Shown here: one piece after another, positions 9,945-19,549 of the stretch
Layout of the letters: each line of letters opens with the position of its first letter
How positions within the stretch are numbered: position 1 is the first letter of the stretch
From: an uncultured Acidobacteriota bacterium
GTDB taxonomy: Bacteria; Acidobacteriota; Terriglobia; Bryobacterales; UBA6623
Direction of reading: 5' to 3'
Length of the DNA stretch: 64,000 nucleotides
NCBI GenBank assembly: GCA_963805925.1
Contig: CAWDWB010000005.1
Location: 18,247-82,246 of the forward strand
The notes under the pieces: generated by a model
The model's database searches: none
Seen by the model: the letters and a program-made list of their open reading frames with translations, nothing else
What the model was told of the DNA's origin: nothing
Made by a program: the position numbers and the translations under genes

Positions 9945-10415
9945 ATGGCGTTGCTAGACAAGATTTCGGCTGACATGGTCGTCGCGATGCGGGCTAAGGA
10001 TGCGGTGAAGCTAACGACGCTCCGTTCGATCAAAACCGCCCTCGATAAATTTCAAAAGGATCAGCGCAAAGAGCTGGATGAAGCCGGCGAGCAGGCCATC
10101 CTGCAAACTCTGGCCAAGCAGCGACGGGAGGCGGCTGACGCTTTTCGCAATGGGGGCCGTGAGGAGTCCGCCCTGCAAGAGGAAGCGGAGTTGGTGGCGA
10201 TTGAGGGCTACATGCTGCAAATGGCGACCGACGCCGAAGTCGATGCCGCTATCGAGCGCAGCATGGCCGCCCTCGATTTGCCGCCCGCCGGCGATCCCAC
10301 CAGAATGCGCCAGATGGGCGCCGTCATCAAGGGCGCCAAGGAGCAACTCCCGGGCAAGCGAGTTGACGGTCAGGCGTTAGCGAATAAGGTGAAGAGCGCC
10401 TTGGGCGCTGCATGA
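9945..10415 (+). CDS. GatB/YqeY domain-containing protein
   Basis: MALLDKISADMVVAMRAKDAVKLTTLRSIKTAL..AELVAIEGYM matches the YqeY pattern. Confidence 0.8.
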   Translation: MALLDKISADMVVAMRAKDAVKLTTLRSIKTALDKFQKDQRKELDEAGEQAILQTLAKQRREAADAFRNGGREESALQEEAELVAIEGYMLQMATDAEVDAAIERSMAALDLPPAGDPTRMRQMGAVIKGAKEQLPGKRVDGQALANKVKSALGAA

Positions 10416-10433
10416 CCTCGCTCGACTACCCGC

Positions 10434-13076
10434 TTATTGGATCGAAATCGTCACCGGTTGACCGCTAGGGCTCAGCGGGCTGCTGACTCCGCCAATGTTA
10501 ATGTCGACCCGAACCGCACCGGATGGCGTGTTTGCTGGTATGCGCGCGTTGACCTGGACGACTCCGCTGACGAGTCCCGGCGCCGGCCCGGCAAACTCGA
10601 CCACGGCGTCGGCGAAGTCGATGGATACTTGCACTGGTTCCACCAGTTGCGGCAACGGGAAGTCGTTCAGTGAACCGGTCACCGATGGCGGGTTGGTGGC
10701 GCCCGCGCCGGTGAGATATAAGACGATCACCGAGCCTGCAGCCGCCGGGTTACCTGGGCTGTTGATCGAACTGTCCTGATTGAGCGCGGCCGCTTGGCCG
10801 CCTCCGGAAGTATTAACGGTAAACAAACCCGGCGAAGCGTTGCGGACGGGGTAGGATTCGGTCGGAGAATCCAAACCATTCCGCCGGAAGCGAATCCTCA
10901 ATCTCTCGCTCACTTCGTTCGGTATCACGAAGGCTGCCTGATCGGCGCGCGCAAAGATGATCGGCGCCGGCTGGTCGTCGACGAATACTTCGAGGCCGCC
11001 GACGGAAGTCTGCCATGTTCCGTGGCCGCTTTGTCCGGGAGCGCCGTAGGCAAGAGCCTCGCCGCCCAAGAAATCGCCAAACACGGAGACGAGGTCGCCA
11101 GGGGAAAAGGCCGGATAGGAATCGAAGCTCGCCCCGTTTACTACCGCTGCGGAGTACGGGCGTTCAAGCGAGCACTCGTCCGCATCGCGAACGACGAACA
11201 CGCGGTCCAAGACATCGTCGGCGATGAACAAGTCGCCGTCTTTATTGGTCGCGATCGCCGATACGATGCTCAGAGCGGCATTCGGGGCCAGTTTTCCATT
11301 CTCAAACTGAATGCCAGCGCCGTACGCGAATAGGTCCGTTGTTCGACCTTGCGGTGAGCGTCGGGCGACCCGGACGGCTCCGGACAAAACGAAGTACGTA
11401 CCGTTGCTCGTGCTTGCTCCCTGGGCGGCAAACAAACTAAACGGTTTCAGCGGCGACGATAGGAAGTCTGTGTAGACTTCGAAGTCTCCGTCTACTGACA
11501 GCAGTCGGCCTTCGCGGTCGACTGCCATGAAGCTCGGCTGGCCTTGAGGGCCTGCAGTCATCACGCCGTTGGCGTCGACCTGAAATGCACGGCCTCGAAT
11601 CTGGAATAGGAGTAGCCCGCCAGGGGTCACCGCTATCAGGGGCACACGGGCCTGGAAGTCCGTGTCGACGATGTTCTGGTTGTAGAAGAATTCCGGCTGG
11701 GCATTGTTTCCTTTGCCGGCCAGAACCGTGAGCGTACCGTTCAGCTCTACTCGGAGAATCATGCTCGGCTGGCCGGACCTGGCGCCGATGCTGAGATAGA
11801 GGCGGTCTTGTCCGTCGAGTGCAATATCGCCCACCAATCCAAAGGAGGCGTCCAAGGCCGCAACGCCGTTGTCCGCGGGCTGATCGCCGCCCCCGGCGAT
11901 GATTTCGATCTTGCCGTCCAGCGTCGTTCGCGAAACGACGGTAGAACTGGCGTCGAAGTAATAAAGCCGGTCCTGAGAATCGGTGAGCATCTTGCGTGGG
12001 CTGACCACGAAGCTCTGGCTGAGCGGACGTCCCGGTTGATACCAGGCGCTGCGGTCGACTCCAGCGATGGGCTGGGGGGTGTCGTCCGGAAGCAAGTGGA
12101 ATACGCGGCCGTTCTGGGAGAAGAATACGCCGGCGGCACTAGAGTCCAGGCCGCTGACGCCAGCCAGGCCGAGGCGGTGAATCACGCCCTCACGGAGAAC
12201 TAAGAGTCCCCAGGTAGCGTCTGAGATGAACAGGTCTCCTGCCGCGTTCGCGGCTAGATAATTGGGGAGTCCCAGGCCGGTCTGTAGCGCTGGAGCGCCG
12301 TCAATAAACGAACCGCCGCCATTGCCGACAATGACGTGGATGATACCGTCGCCGCCGATCCGCATGATGCGGTCACGGTCCCTCACTACGAGGTCGCCAT
12401 TCGAAGCGAGCAACAGGTCGCCCGGAACCTCAAATGTGTAATCCAAGGCGGGTACACCGTCGTCCGTGCCGTTTCCGAAGCCCGGCATTCCGCCGGCGAC
12501 GGCAGTCTTTGAACCGTCGCCTTCTAGGCGGTAGAGGCCGCGCACGATATCGGATGAGTAACCGAACGATGGCGTGGTCTCCGTGAAATAAACGATTCCG
12601 CCCGCTGCCGGAAGAATTCCGCCAATGAAGCCGAGTCGCTGAGAGTAGACGGTCTCCATGGTCCCGTTTGGCGTGATTCTACGAAGAAGTTGCCGCTCAT
12701 CGTCGACGAAGTACAGCGAACCGTCAGGCGCGAGTTCGAGGATGGAAGGTCCGGCCAATTGAGCCTGGACTGCAGGACCGCCGTCGCCCGACGTGCCGCG
12801 GATTCCCGTGCCAGCAATTGTCGTGACTGTCCCTTGCGTGTCGATCTTTCTGATGCGGTAGGCATATTGCTCCGCCACATAGATGGTTCCGTCAGCAGCG
12901 GCCACCATGGCGCCCAGGCCTATGAACTTGGCATTGATCGCCGGTCCGCCGTCGCCGGTAGAGAACACGGGGTCGCCGATGAAAAGTTCGACTTGGCATT
13001 GCTGCTGCGGCTGAGCGGCCAGAATGAGCGGCAGGGACAAGAGTAAGACAAACCTGCAGTAGTTGGACATGATCAA
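10434..13076 (-). CDS. Secreted NHL/beta-propeller repeat protein with Solibacter-type C-terminal domain (TIGR03437-like)
   Basis: Signal peptide, then many repeats of the type GDGGPA..A.L..P.G.A.D..G.LY..D. The C-terminal ~230 aa (VVNGASF..PGDLVSVFG..PGLFT..GQAAALNQD..VIVLYLTGAG..VEFAGPAPGLVSGVVQVNARIP) resemble the Solibacter uncharacterised C-terminal domain, as I recall that family. Confidence 0.8.
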   Translation of the reverse strand: MIMSNYCRFVLLLSLPLILAAQPQQQCQVELFIGDPVFSTGDGGPAINAKFIGLGAMVAAADGTIYVAEQYAYRIRKIDTQGTVTTIAGTGIRGTSGDGGPAVQAQLAGPSILELAPDGSLYFVDDERQLLRRITPNGTMETVYSQRLGFIGGILPAAGGIVYFTETTPSFGYSSDIVRGLYRLEGDGSKTAVAGGMPGFGNGTDDGVPALDYTFEVPGDLLLASNGDLVVRDRDRIMRIGGDGIIHVIVGNGGGSFIDGAPALQTGLGLPNYLAANAAGDLFISDATWGLLVLREGVIHRLGLAGVSGLDSSAAGVFFSQNGRVFHLLPDDTPQPIAGVDRSAWYQPGRPLSQSFVVSPRKMLTDSQDRLYYFDASSTVVSRTTLDGKIEIIAGGGDQPADNGVAALDASFGLVGDIALDGQDRLYLSIGARSGQPSMILRVELNGTLTVLAGKGNNAQPEFFYNQNIVDTDFQARVPLIAVTPGGLLLFQIRGRAFQVDANGVMTAGPQGQPSFMAVDREGRLLSVDGDFEVYTDFLSSPLKPFSLFAAQGASTSNGTYFVLSGAVRVARRSPQGRTTDLFAYGAGIQFENGKLAPNAALSIVSAIATNKDGDLFIADDVLDRVFVVRDADECSLERPYSAAVVNGASFDSYPAFSPGDLVSVFGDFLGGEALAYGAPGQSGHGTWQTSVGGLEVFVDDQPAPIIFARADQAAFVIPNEVSERLRIRFRRNGLDSPTESYPVRNASPGLFTVNTSGGGQAAALNQDSSINSPGNPAAAGSVIVLYLTGAGATNPPSVTGSLNDFPLPQLVEPVQVSIDFADAVVEFAGPAPGLVSGVVQVNARIPANTPSGAVRVDINIGGVSSPLSPSGQPVTISIQ

Positions 13077-13254
13077 TTTGGCGCCTCGAAATCCGTCGGG
13101 TCAGGGCACAGGCAGGGGCACGCCACCACGCAGGGCGCCGACCGCTAAGAGCCCAACGACGAATCTAGGAAACATCGAATTCGGCCTCGAAAATGTAAGG
13201 GAAGAAGTAACGGCGAGCTACTAGTCTTGAGCTTAGTCGAAAGCTCGATGCTCT

Positions 13255-13776
13255 TTACTGATTCCCGGCCGGGCGCGATGTGAATTTCTTCAGCCGACCA
13301 ACTGGCCCTGGCCGAGCCACTTCTTCAGCAGCTGCCATTTGGCCCAGGTGATACATTTCGTGGCCGGCCAGAAAGGCCGCTGCGCCGAGGATGCTCTTGT
13401 CGCCGATGGGGAAGTCGCGAGCGCAAGTCGTGCTCAGGTCCTCGTCGGAGAGAGTTTCGAAGTGTGCATTCAAGGCGGCAACCGACGTATTCCACGAGTC
13501 GCGAACCTCGCTGACCGAGGGCAGGCTGGCTTCGTCGCCTGGCTGGCTTCCCCGGCTGAAGAGTTCGTTCCACGGGCGTTGATCGGCGCCGCCCATGAGC
13601 ACAACCAGTCCCAGACGCGAGTTGGCGGCGTGGCCCAGCAACCAGAGCATGTGGTTGGCGGTCTCGGGAGCGCGGTAGAAATCCTCGTCGGAGAGATTTT
13701 CGAGGGCCTTTTCGATACGGCTGCCGCTGACGGCGAACTGTTGGGAGACGAGTAAGAGTTTCTCTGGAATAGCCAT
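13255..13776 (-). CDS. DinB-family (four-helix bundle) protein
   Basis: ..HMLWLLGHAANSR.. and ..FLAGHEMYHLGQM.., the DinB/YfiT-like His triad context. Confidence 0.75.
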   Translation of the reverse strand: MAIPEKLLLVSQQFAVSGSRIEKALENLSDEDFYRAPETANHMLWLLGHAANSRLGLVVLMGGADQRPWNELFSRGSQPGDEASLPSVSEVRDSWNTSVAALNAHFETLSDEDLSTTCARDFPIGDKSILGAAAFLAGHEMYHLGQMAAAEEVARPGPVGRLKKFTSRPAGNQ

Positions 13777-13788
13777 GGAGTTCGCTCC

Positions 13789-14757
13789 TTATTTGGGACC
13801 GACGACGACGTTCTGCGGATCGCCGTTGATGAAATCGAAAATATTATTGATCGCCAGTTGAATGCCGGCGTCGAGGGCCTCTTGGGCGATGCCGCCGGAA
13901 TGCGGGGTCAGAATGGCGTTGGGCAGGCGCGTTATCGGGGCATTCTCAGGCAGCGGCTCGGTCTCAAAGACGTCGAGTCCCGCGCCTGCGATCTTGCCGG
14001 TTTCGAGGGCTTTGATCATAGCTTCCTCATCCACGACGGCGCCCCTCGCGGTGTTGATAAAGATGGCGGAGGACTTCATGAGTCCGAACTCGCGTTCGCC
14101 GACGAACTTCACCGTTTCGGGCGTCGCCCGTATGTGGATGCTGACCACGTCGGAACGCTTGTAGAGATCGTCGAGCGGAACGAATTCGAGGTCGAGCTCT
14201 TGCGCAGTGAGAATGTTTGCGTGGCGCGTCCAAGCGATCACGCGCATGCCGATTCCGCGGGCGATGCGCGCCAACTGCTGGCCGATGGCCCCCAGGCCGA
14301 CGATGCCCAGCGTCTTGCCGTGAAGTTGCTTGACGAAGCCGCGCGGCCAGGCGCCTCGCTTGGTTTTGGCGTCGATGCGCGGAATGTCGCGGGCGACCGA
14401 CAGCATCAGCGCCAGGGCATGCTCGGCCATGGCGATGGCCGAAACGCCGGGCGTGTTGACCACGGTAATCCCCAGCCGCGAGGCGGCCTCGAGGTCAATG
14501 TGATCCGTGCCGGTGCCCCAAATGGAGATGAGCTTCACATTCGGCAGCGCTTCGAGAACTTCTGCCGGGTAGGGGACGGACGAACGGATGCTGACGACGT
14601 GTTCGGCGTCGCCGATGCGTTCCAGCAGAACTTCCGGCGTCGGCGGCAACGTATCGTGATAGCCGACGTCGGCTCGGAACTTGAGCATCTTGAAGGCGTT
14701 GCTGGGACCCATTACGGGCGGGTAGTCGTCGGGGATGACGATGCGAGGCTTCGACAT
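13789..14757 (-). CDS. D-isomer-specific 2-hydroxyacid dehydrogenase (PGDH-like)
   Basis: GKTLGIVGLGAIGQQLARIARGIGMRV (NAD fold), FINTARGAVVDE, TPHSGG. Confidence 0.85.
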   Translation of the reverse strand: MSKPRIVIPDDYPPVMGPSNAFKMLKFRADVGYHDTLPPTPEVLLERIGDAEHVVSIRSSVPYPAEVLEALPNVKLISIWGTGTDHIDLEAASRLGITVVNTPGVSAIAMAEHALALMLSVARDIPRIDAKTKRGAWPRGFVKQLHGKTLGIVGLGAIGQQLARIARGIGMRVIAWTRHANILTAQELDLEFVPLDDLYKRSDVVSIHIRATPETVKFVGEREFGLMKSSAIFINTARGAVVDEEAMIKALETGKIAGAGLDVFETEPLPENAPITRLPNAILTPHSGGIAQEALDAGIQLAINNIFDFINGDPQNVVVGPK

Positions 14758-14769
14758 AAGCTTCCTAGT

Positions 14770-15651
14770 TTATAGATGTGCGATCCACGAGCGCGTGCCG
14801 AAGTGGAGGCACGAAAGGCTCGCCGTGCGGCTCGCCGCTGCGAGGGCTGCCGGGAAGTCCCGCTGGCCGCGCGCCCACTCGTAGGCAAACGCGCCGTGGA
14901 AGATGTCGCCGGCGCCAAGCGTGTCGACGGCTTCGATCGTTTCGACCGACACGGATCCCGAGCCCTGCGGCGATTGATAAACAATCGGGCGTTCGCCGTG
15001 CGTGACTGCGCGATAGGCGACTCCGCGCTCTGCGAGATAGTCGAGTATGTCTTCCGTCCCGGCCACCCCCGGCGGCGCGAAGTCCTCGGAGCAGATGGCG
15101 ATATCGCAATGCGGCAAGAGATCCTCGAAGTAGGACCGCCAACTGCCGCCGTCGATCACCACGGGGACGTCCTTGGCGCGGGCTTTGCGCACGGCGTCGA
15201 GAGCGAGGTCCGAGAGATAGCCGTCGATCAGCACGACGTCGGGCCGGACATTGTCGAGCAGATCGTGCACGTCGTCCGGTTGCGCCAGATGAAAAGCTCC
15301 AGTCGAAACGGCCAGGCGGTCGCCGCCCGGCGAGACGATCACTGAGGCGAAGGCCGGCGGACCGGCGTACTCGGGGGCCATGTCGCACACGTCGATCTGC
15401 TGTTTGTCGAGATCGCGCCGAATGACTTCCGACAGTGGATGGGTCCCCAAAACCGTGAGCAGCGTCGCTTCCCCACCGAGCGCGCGGAAGGCGACCGAGG
15501 CATTAGTCGCCGGACCGCCAGGGATCAAGTCCCACTCGGTGACTTGGATCTTGGAGTTGGGTTGGGGGATGTTCGGTACGGCGAAGATCGAGTCAACCGT
15601 CGAGATGCCGACAAATAGTCCCTGTGGCGGCCTGTACAGCGACAAGCCCAC
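14770..15651 (-). CDS. PfkB-family carbohydrate kinase
   Basis: ..GGPATNASVAFRALGGE.. and C-terminal DTLGAGDIFHGAFAY (PfkB signature 2). Confidence 0.8.
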   Translation of the reverse strand: MGLSLYRPPQGLFVGISTVDSIFAVPNIPQPNSKIQVTEWDLIPGGPATNASVAFRALGGEATLLTVLGTHPLSEVIRRDLDKQQIDVCDMAPEYAGPPAFASVIVSPGGDRLAVSTGAFHLAQPDDVHDLLDNVRPDVVLIDGYLSDLALDAVRKARAKDVPVVIDGGSWRSYFEDLLPHCDIAICSEDFAPPGVAGTEDILDYLAERGVAYRAVTHGERPIVYQSPQGSGSVSVETIEAVDTLGAGDIFHGAFAYEWARGQRDFPAALAAASRTASLSCLHFGTRSWIAHL

Positions 15652-15667
15652 AGGGTATCAAAGGCAT

Positions 15668-17212
15668 TCAACCCAAAAGGTCGAGCAGCTTGGGACGCTG
15701 CCGCGCGGCCACCTGGAGCGCGAACTGTTCGGCGGCGGAAGCGTTCTGCAGAGCGCTGATTGACTGGAGTGCGTCGGCGTCTTGGTGCAGCGACAGCCGG
15801 GCTGTGTTGACGGTGTCCAGCTCGGCGAGGTTGTCAATGGTGACCTCGGCCTGGCGCAGGGTGGCGCCGTAGAACGCTTGCGATTGGCTGACGTGATCCG
15901 TGGCCTGTTGGACGCGTCCCACGGCCTCGTTGATGGTGGCTCCGTGGTCGGCCCGCAACGCTGCGATCAGATCGTGCAGCGCGCCGAAGACATTGGCGCT
16001 ATTCAAACCTCCGACGCGATGGACGCCGCCGAGTCCGGAGGAGAATCCTGTGCCGCGGTCGAAGTCGATGGCCGTGAAGGTGAAATCGACATCGCCGTCG
16101 ACAGTCACTTGACCATCCTCGACGCTGAAGCGAACGTTCGCGGCGGACAGTGCCGAGTTCTGGGCGATTGCGGCGTTCAGCGCGGCGGCCGTCTCTTCGG
16201 CCGAATAGCCCCCGGCCGATCCGCCCGCTTCCAGGCCCGTGGTCACCGATCCGGCGCTCGAGGAGGTGAACGAGAATCCGGTGCCTGCCGAATCATCGAC
16301 GACCAGCTTCAATGCGCCTCCGTCTTCGGCGAACCGCACTTTGCCGGCGAGGTTGGGATTGGCGGCGATTTGGGTATTCAGCAGAACGGCGATAGCGGCG
16401 GCGTCTTCGCCTCCGGCTAGCGGCTGCGTGGTGATCGTTCCGCCGGGCGAGCCGTCATCGGCGGTGAACGAGACCGTCACGGTATCCCCAGCGCCGGCGC
16501 CCGACGGCGCGACCGAAGCCAAGAAGGGGCCACGCAAGTCGACGCTGATGGCTCCCTCGACGTCGCCTTGGAACGAGATCCCCAGCCCGACGGGCAAGTT
16601 CGTCGCGGCAGCTGTTTCTGTGGCCGTGCGGCCTGCGCCGATGAAGACGTCGGGCGTCAAGAAGATCGCATCGCCCGGCAACGATACCGGCGCGGGACGC
16701 CGATCGGGGAAGGTCAGTTGGCGGTTCGAGGCGTTCCCTTGATAAGTGATTCCGTAAGGCGCGGAGTCGTCGATGACAAAGGGCGGGCGATCGTCAATCG
16801 ATCCGCCGAAAACATAGCGGCCGCCGTGGACCGTGTTGGCGATGCTGGCGATGTGCCGGTAGATGCCTTCGACCTCGCCGGCGATCAATGCGCGGTCTGT
16901 GGCGTCGCTCGTATCGCTGGCGCCCTTGGCAGCCAGTTGCGCGGCGCGATCCAAGGCCGACGTTGCTTGGAAGATCGAGCCGTCTACCGCCCGCAGTTCC
17001 GTTTGGACCGACTCCAGGTTTTCGCGGAAGCGAGCAATCGTGGCCAATTCTGCCCGAGTCCGTACGATGCCTGCGGCGTCCGATGGATTATCTGATGGCT
17101 TGGTGACTCGCAGGCCGGACGATACTTCCTGCGTGGCCTTAGAAATCTTGGCCGCTGCCGAACGGATGTTGAGAATCGTCGTGCGAGACGTGTTGAGCGG
17201 GGTCGTTCTCAT
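15668..17212 (-). CDS. flgL: Flagellar hook-associated protein 3 (hook-filament junction)
   Basis: Flagellin-like N-terminus (..ISKATQEVSSGLRVTKPSDNPSDAAG..) and a C-terminal heptad region. Sits immediately downstream of flgK. Confidence 0.85.
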   Translation of the reverse strand: MRTTPLNTSRTTILNIRSAAAKISKATQEVSSGLRVTKPSDNPSDAAGIVRTRAELATIARFRENLESVQTELRAVDGSIFQATSALDRAAQLAAKGASDTSDATDRALIAGEVEGIYRHIASIANTVHGGRYVFGGSIDDRPPFVIDDSAPYGITYQGNASNRQLTFPDRRPAPVSLPGDAIFLTPDVFIGAGRTATETAAATNLPVGLGISFQGDVEGAISVDLRGPFLASVAPSGAGAGDTVTVSFTADDGSPGGTITTQPLAGGEDAAAIAVLLNTQIAANPNLAGKVRFAEDGGALKLVVDDSAGTGFSFTSSSAGSVTTGLEAGGSAGGYSAEETAAALNAAIAQNSALSAANVRFSVEDGQVTVDGDVDFTFTAIDFDRGTGFSSGLGGVHRVGGLNSANVFGALHDLIAALRADHGATINEAVGRVQQATDHVSQSQAFYGATLRQAEVTIDNLAELDTVNTARLSLHQDADALQSISALQNASAAEQFALQVAARQRPKLLDLLG

Positions 17213-17215
17213 GGT

Positions 17216-19222
17216 CTACTTCACCAAGTTCAATAGTTCGTCGGAGAGTTGGTTGACGACCTGGATGAGGCGCAACATCGCTTGGTAACCCTGCTCGAAC
17301 TGCAGCAAGTAAACCGCCTCTTCATTGAGGTCGACGCCCGAAAAATTGTCGCGCAGGTTCTCTGAGGCGACGGTTACTTGCTGCTGGGTGTCGAGCTGCG
17401 AGTACGTCACGGCCGCGGCGTCGCCGAAGTGAGAGACGAGGCCCGCGAAGAAGCCGTTCAGCGTGGAACCGTCGACCAGTTTGGCGTCGGCAAGGGCGAT
17501 GATCGCGTTGAGATTCTCGTTACTGCCGGGATTGTTCGGGTGGGCGGCGGCAATCTGGATCGGCCGTATATCGGATGTCGCTAGCGTGCCGGCAGCGCCG
17601 AGTCCGCCGGCGGAGCCCGCGCCGTTCAGCCCGGAGGCGAAACCGGTCGCGGCCGGGTCGATGTCGGTCACCGTGAAATCGAACGTTATGTCGCCGTCGA
17701 GACGCAGTTGGCCATTGATGGCCGTGATGCGTACCGCAGCGGCCACGAGTTCTTGCTGATTAGCGATCTCGGCGTTCAATGCAGCGGCGATCTCTTCGGC
17801 CGACTGGCCGCCCAGCGTGCCGCCGGGTTCGAGTCCGGTCAGGAAGCCGGAGCCAGCGGTAGATGCCGTGAAGCTAAAGCCCTGTCCGGCGGACTCCGAC
17901 AGCGTCAGCTTGAGAGAGCCGCCCGCGTCGGAGACGTCGACCAATCCCGCTAGTTGCGGGTCCAGGGCGATCTGGTCGTTGATGCGCGTCGCCAGTTCTG
18001 CCGTCGTCTCGCCGCCCAATAACGGCGACGTCGTCACCGTACGGTCAATGCTGCCGTTGGCGGAGACGAGCCGTAATGAGAGCGTATCCCCTGGCGCCGG
18101 GACGCCTGGCGGCGTCGAGCCGACGACGAAATTGTCGAGCGTCGCCGTGATGGAGACGGTAAACGGCCCGCTGAAGTCGACCTGTACTTGGGAGGGCGGA
18201 GCAGGCGTGGCCAGGCCGAGGCTTCCGGGCGTCCTGCCCGCGCCGATTACGGCGGTCTCGTCGTAGGTGAACAACGCTTTTCCGGGAGCGCCGTTCAAGT
18301 CGACGCCTTGAGCGAGTTGTGCGTTGACCGCATCGGCGAAGTGCTTGGCCAGACGGTCGAGATTGGCGCCCAGTTCGGGCAGCACCACGTTGCGCGCTTC
18401 GAGGGCCCCGCCGAGGCTGCCGCCCGCACTTTGTATGGAGGCCGTCACGTCCTTGCCGTCCTGGTCGAAGACGCGGATTGAGCCGTTCGAAACAGAGACC
18501 TGTAACGGCCTGGCGAAGACTCCCGTCAGTAGTGCCGTCGAGCCGGAAACGACGGCCAGGGCGCCGTCCTGCTGCCGCTGTACGTCGACGCCGATCAGGC
18601 TGGATAGTTCTTCGAGCGCTTGTTGCGACCGCGTATCCACAGCCGCATTCGGGACGCGAGGGTCTCGCTGATTGCGCTGACCTTCGAGTCCGGCGAGTTC
18701 TTCCAGCAGCGCGTTGATTCGCGTCACGGAATTCCGTATCGAGCCGTCGACGTTAGTCTGACTAGCCGCTAGTTCTGCGTTGGCCTGCCGGAAGGCGCCG
18801 GCCACTCCGTCGGCGGCGCTCAACAAATTACTGCGTTGCGTGAGGTCGCCGGGATTGGCCGAGAGTTGGGACGCCGATGAAAAAAAGGCGTCCAGCGCGC
18901 TGTCGATCCCGCCGTTGCTGTTGAGCCGGAAGACGGGTTCGGTGGTTTGGAAGAACGTAGAGAGTTCGCCGAGTCTGCCTTCCGCTTGGTGAGCGGCGAG
19001 CACCTGCAAGTCGAGCAAGTTGTTACGCGCCGACTCGATTCGGGTGAGTTCGACGCCTGTGCCCGTGCCGTCCGGGAAGATGACTGGAGCAAGAGCTGGG
19101 CGTTGCCTGGCGTAGCCGGGCGTGGCGGCGTTGGCGATGTTTGTTTGGACCGCCTCCAGCGCCTGCGAGAACGTCGACAGGCTGCGTTGGGCGCTATTGG
19201 TTGCCGCGGTGAGGCCCGACAT
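17216..19222 (-). CDS. flgK: Flagellar hook-associated protein 1
   Basis: N-terminus MSGLTAATNSAQRSL..VQTNIANAATPGYARQ and C-terminus ..NLNEEAVYLLQFEQGYQAMLRLIQVVNQL are canonical FlgK. Confidence 0.9.
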   Translation of the reverse strand: MSGLTAATNSAQRSLSTFSQALEAVQTNIANAATPGYARQRPALAPVIFPDGTGTGVELTRIESARNNLLDLQVLAAHQAEGRLGELSTFFQTTEPVFRLNSNGGIDSALDAFFSSASQLSANPGDLTQRSNLLSAADGVAGAFRQANAELAASQTNVDGSIRNSVTRINALLEELAGLEGQRNQRDPRVPNAAVDTRSQQALEELSSLIGVDVQRQQDGALAVVSGSTALLTGVFARPLQVSVSNGSIRVFDQDGKDVTASIQSAGGSLGGALEARNVVLPELGANLDRLAKHFADAVNAQLAQGVDLNGAPGKALFTYDETAVIGAGRTPGSLGLATPAPPSQVQVDFSGPFTVSITATLDNFVVGSTPPGVPAPGDTLSLRLVSANGSIDRTVTTSPLLGGETTAELATRINDQIALDPQLAGLVDVSDAGGSLKLTLSESAGQGFSFTASTAGSGFLTGLEPGGTLGGQSAEEIAAALNAEIANQQELVAAAVRITAINGQLRLDGDITFDFTVTDIDPAATGFASGLNGAGSAGGLGAAGTLATSDIRPIQIAAAHPNNPGSNENLNAIIALADAKLVDGSTLNGFFAGLVSHFGDAAAVTYSQLDTQQQVTVASENLRDNFSGVDLNEEAVYLLQFEQGYQAMLRLIQVVNQLSDELLNLVK

Positions 19223-19227
19223 CTTGT

Positions 19228-19545
19228 TTAGCCTCGCTGGTCCAACAGTCTGTGCGCCGCCGGACGGGGAACGGCGCCAGGCCCGTAAGCGCCGCGCACT
19301 TCCGCCCGGATGCCGACGAGAGCGCCGCGCACCGCCTCAATGTGCGAGAGCACGCCAAATAGTTCGGCGAATCGTCGCTGCAGGGCGGGGACCTGCTCCG
19401 CCGGCGGTTTCGGCAACTTGGCGGCGGCACGTTCAAGGTGCGCGCCCAGGGTCATGAAGTCGTTGAAACGGCCTTCGGCGGCGGCTCGCTGCGTCTCGGT
19501 CAGTGCCGCGCCGAATGCATCCCAGGGCGTTGCAGCGGAGGGCAT
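19228..19545 (-). CDS. Hypothetical protein in the position usually held by the FlgN chaperone
   Basis: 105-aa helical-looking ORF tightly packed between flgM and flgK (4-5 nt gaps). No motif recognised, so the functional call rests on synteny only. Confidence 0.4.
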   Translation of the reverse strand: MPSAATPWDAFGAALTETQRAAAEGRFNDFMTLGAHLERAAAKLPKPPAEQVPALQRRFAELFGVLSHIEAVRGALVGIRAEVRGAYGPGAVPRPAAHRLLDQRG

Positions 19546-19549
19546 GGGT

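Noticed and set aside
13858-15388. Several 190-305-aa ORFs antisense to, or in other frames of, the 2-hydroxyacid dehydrogenase and PfkB genes
   Set aside because: Shadow ORFs of well-supported genes, with no recognisable domains.
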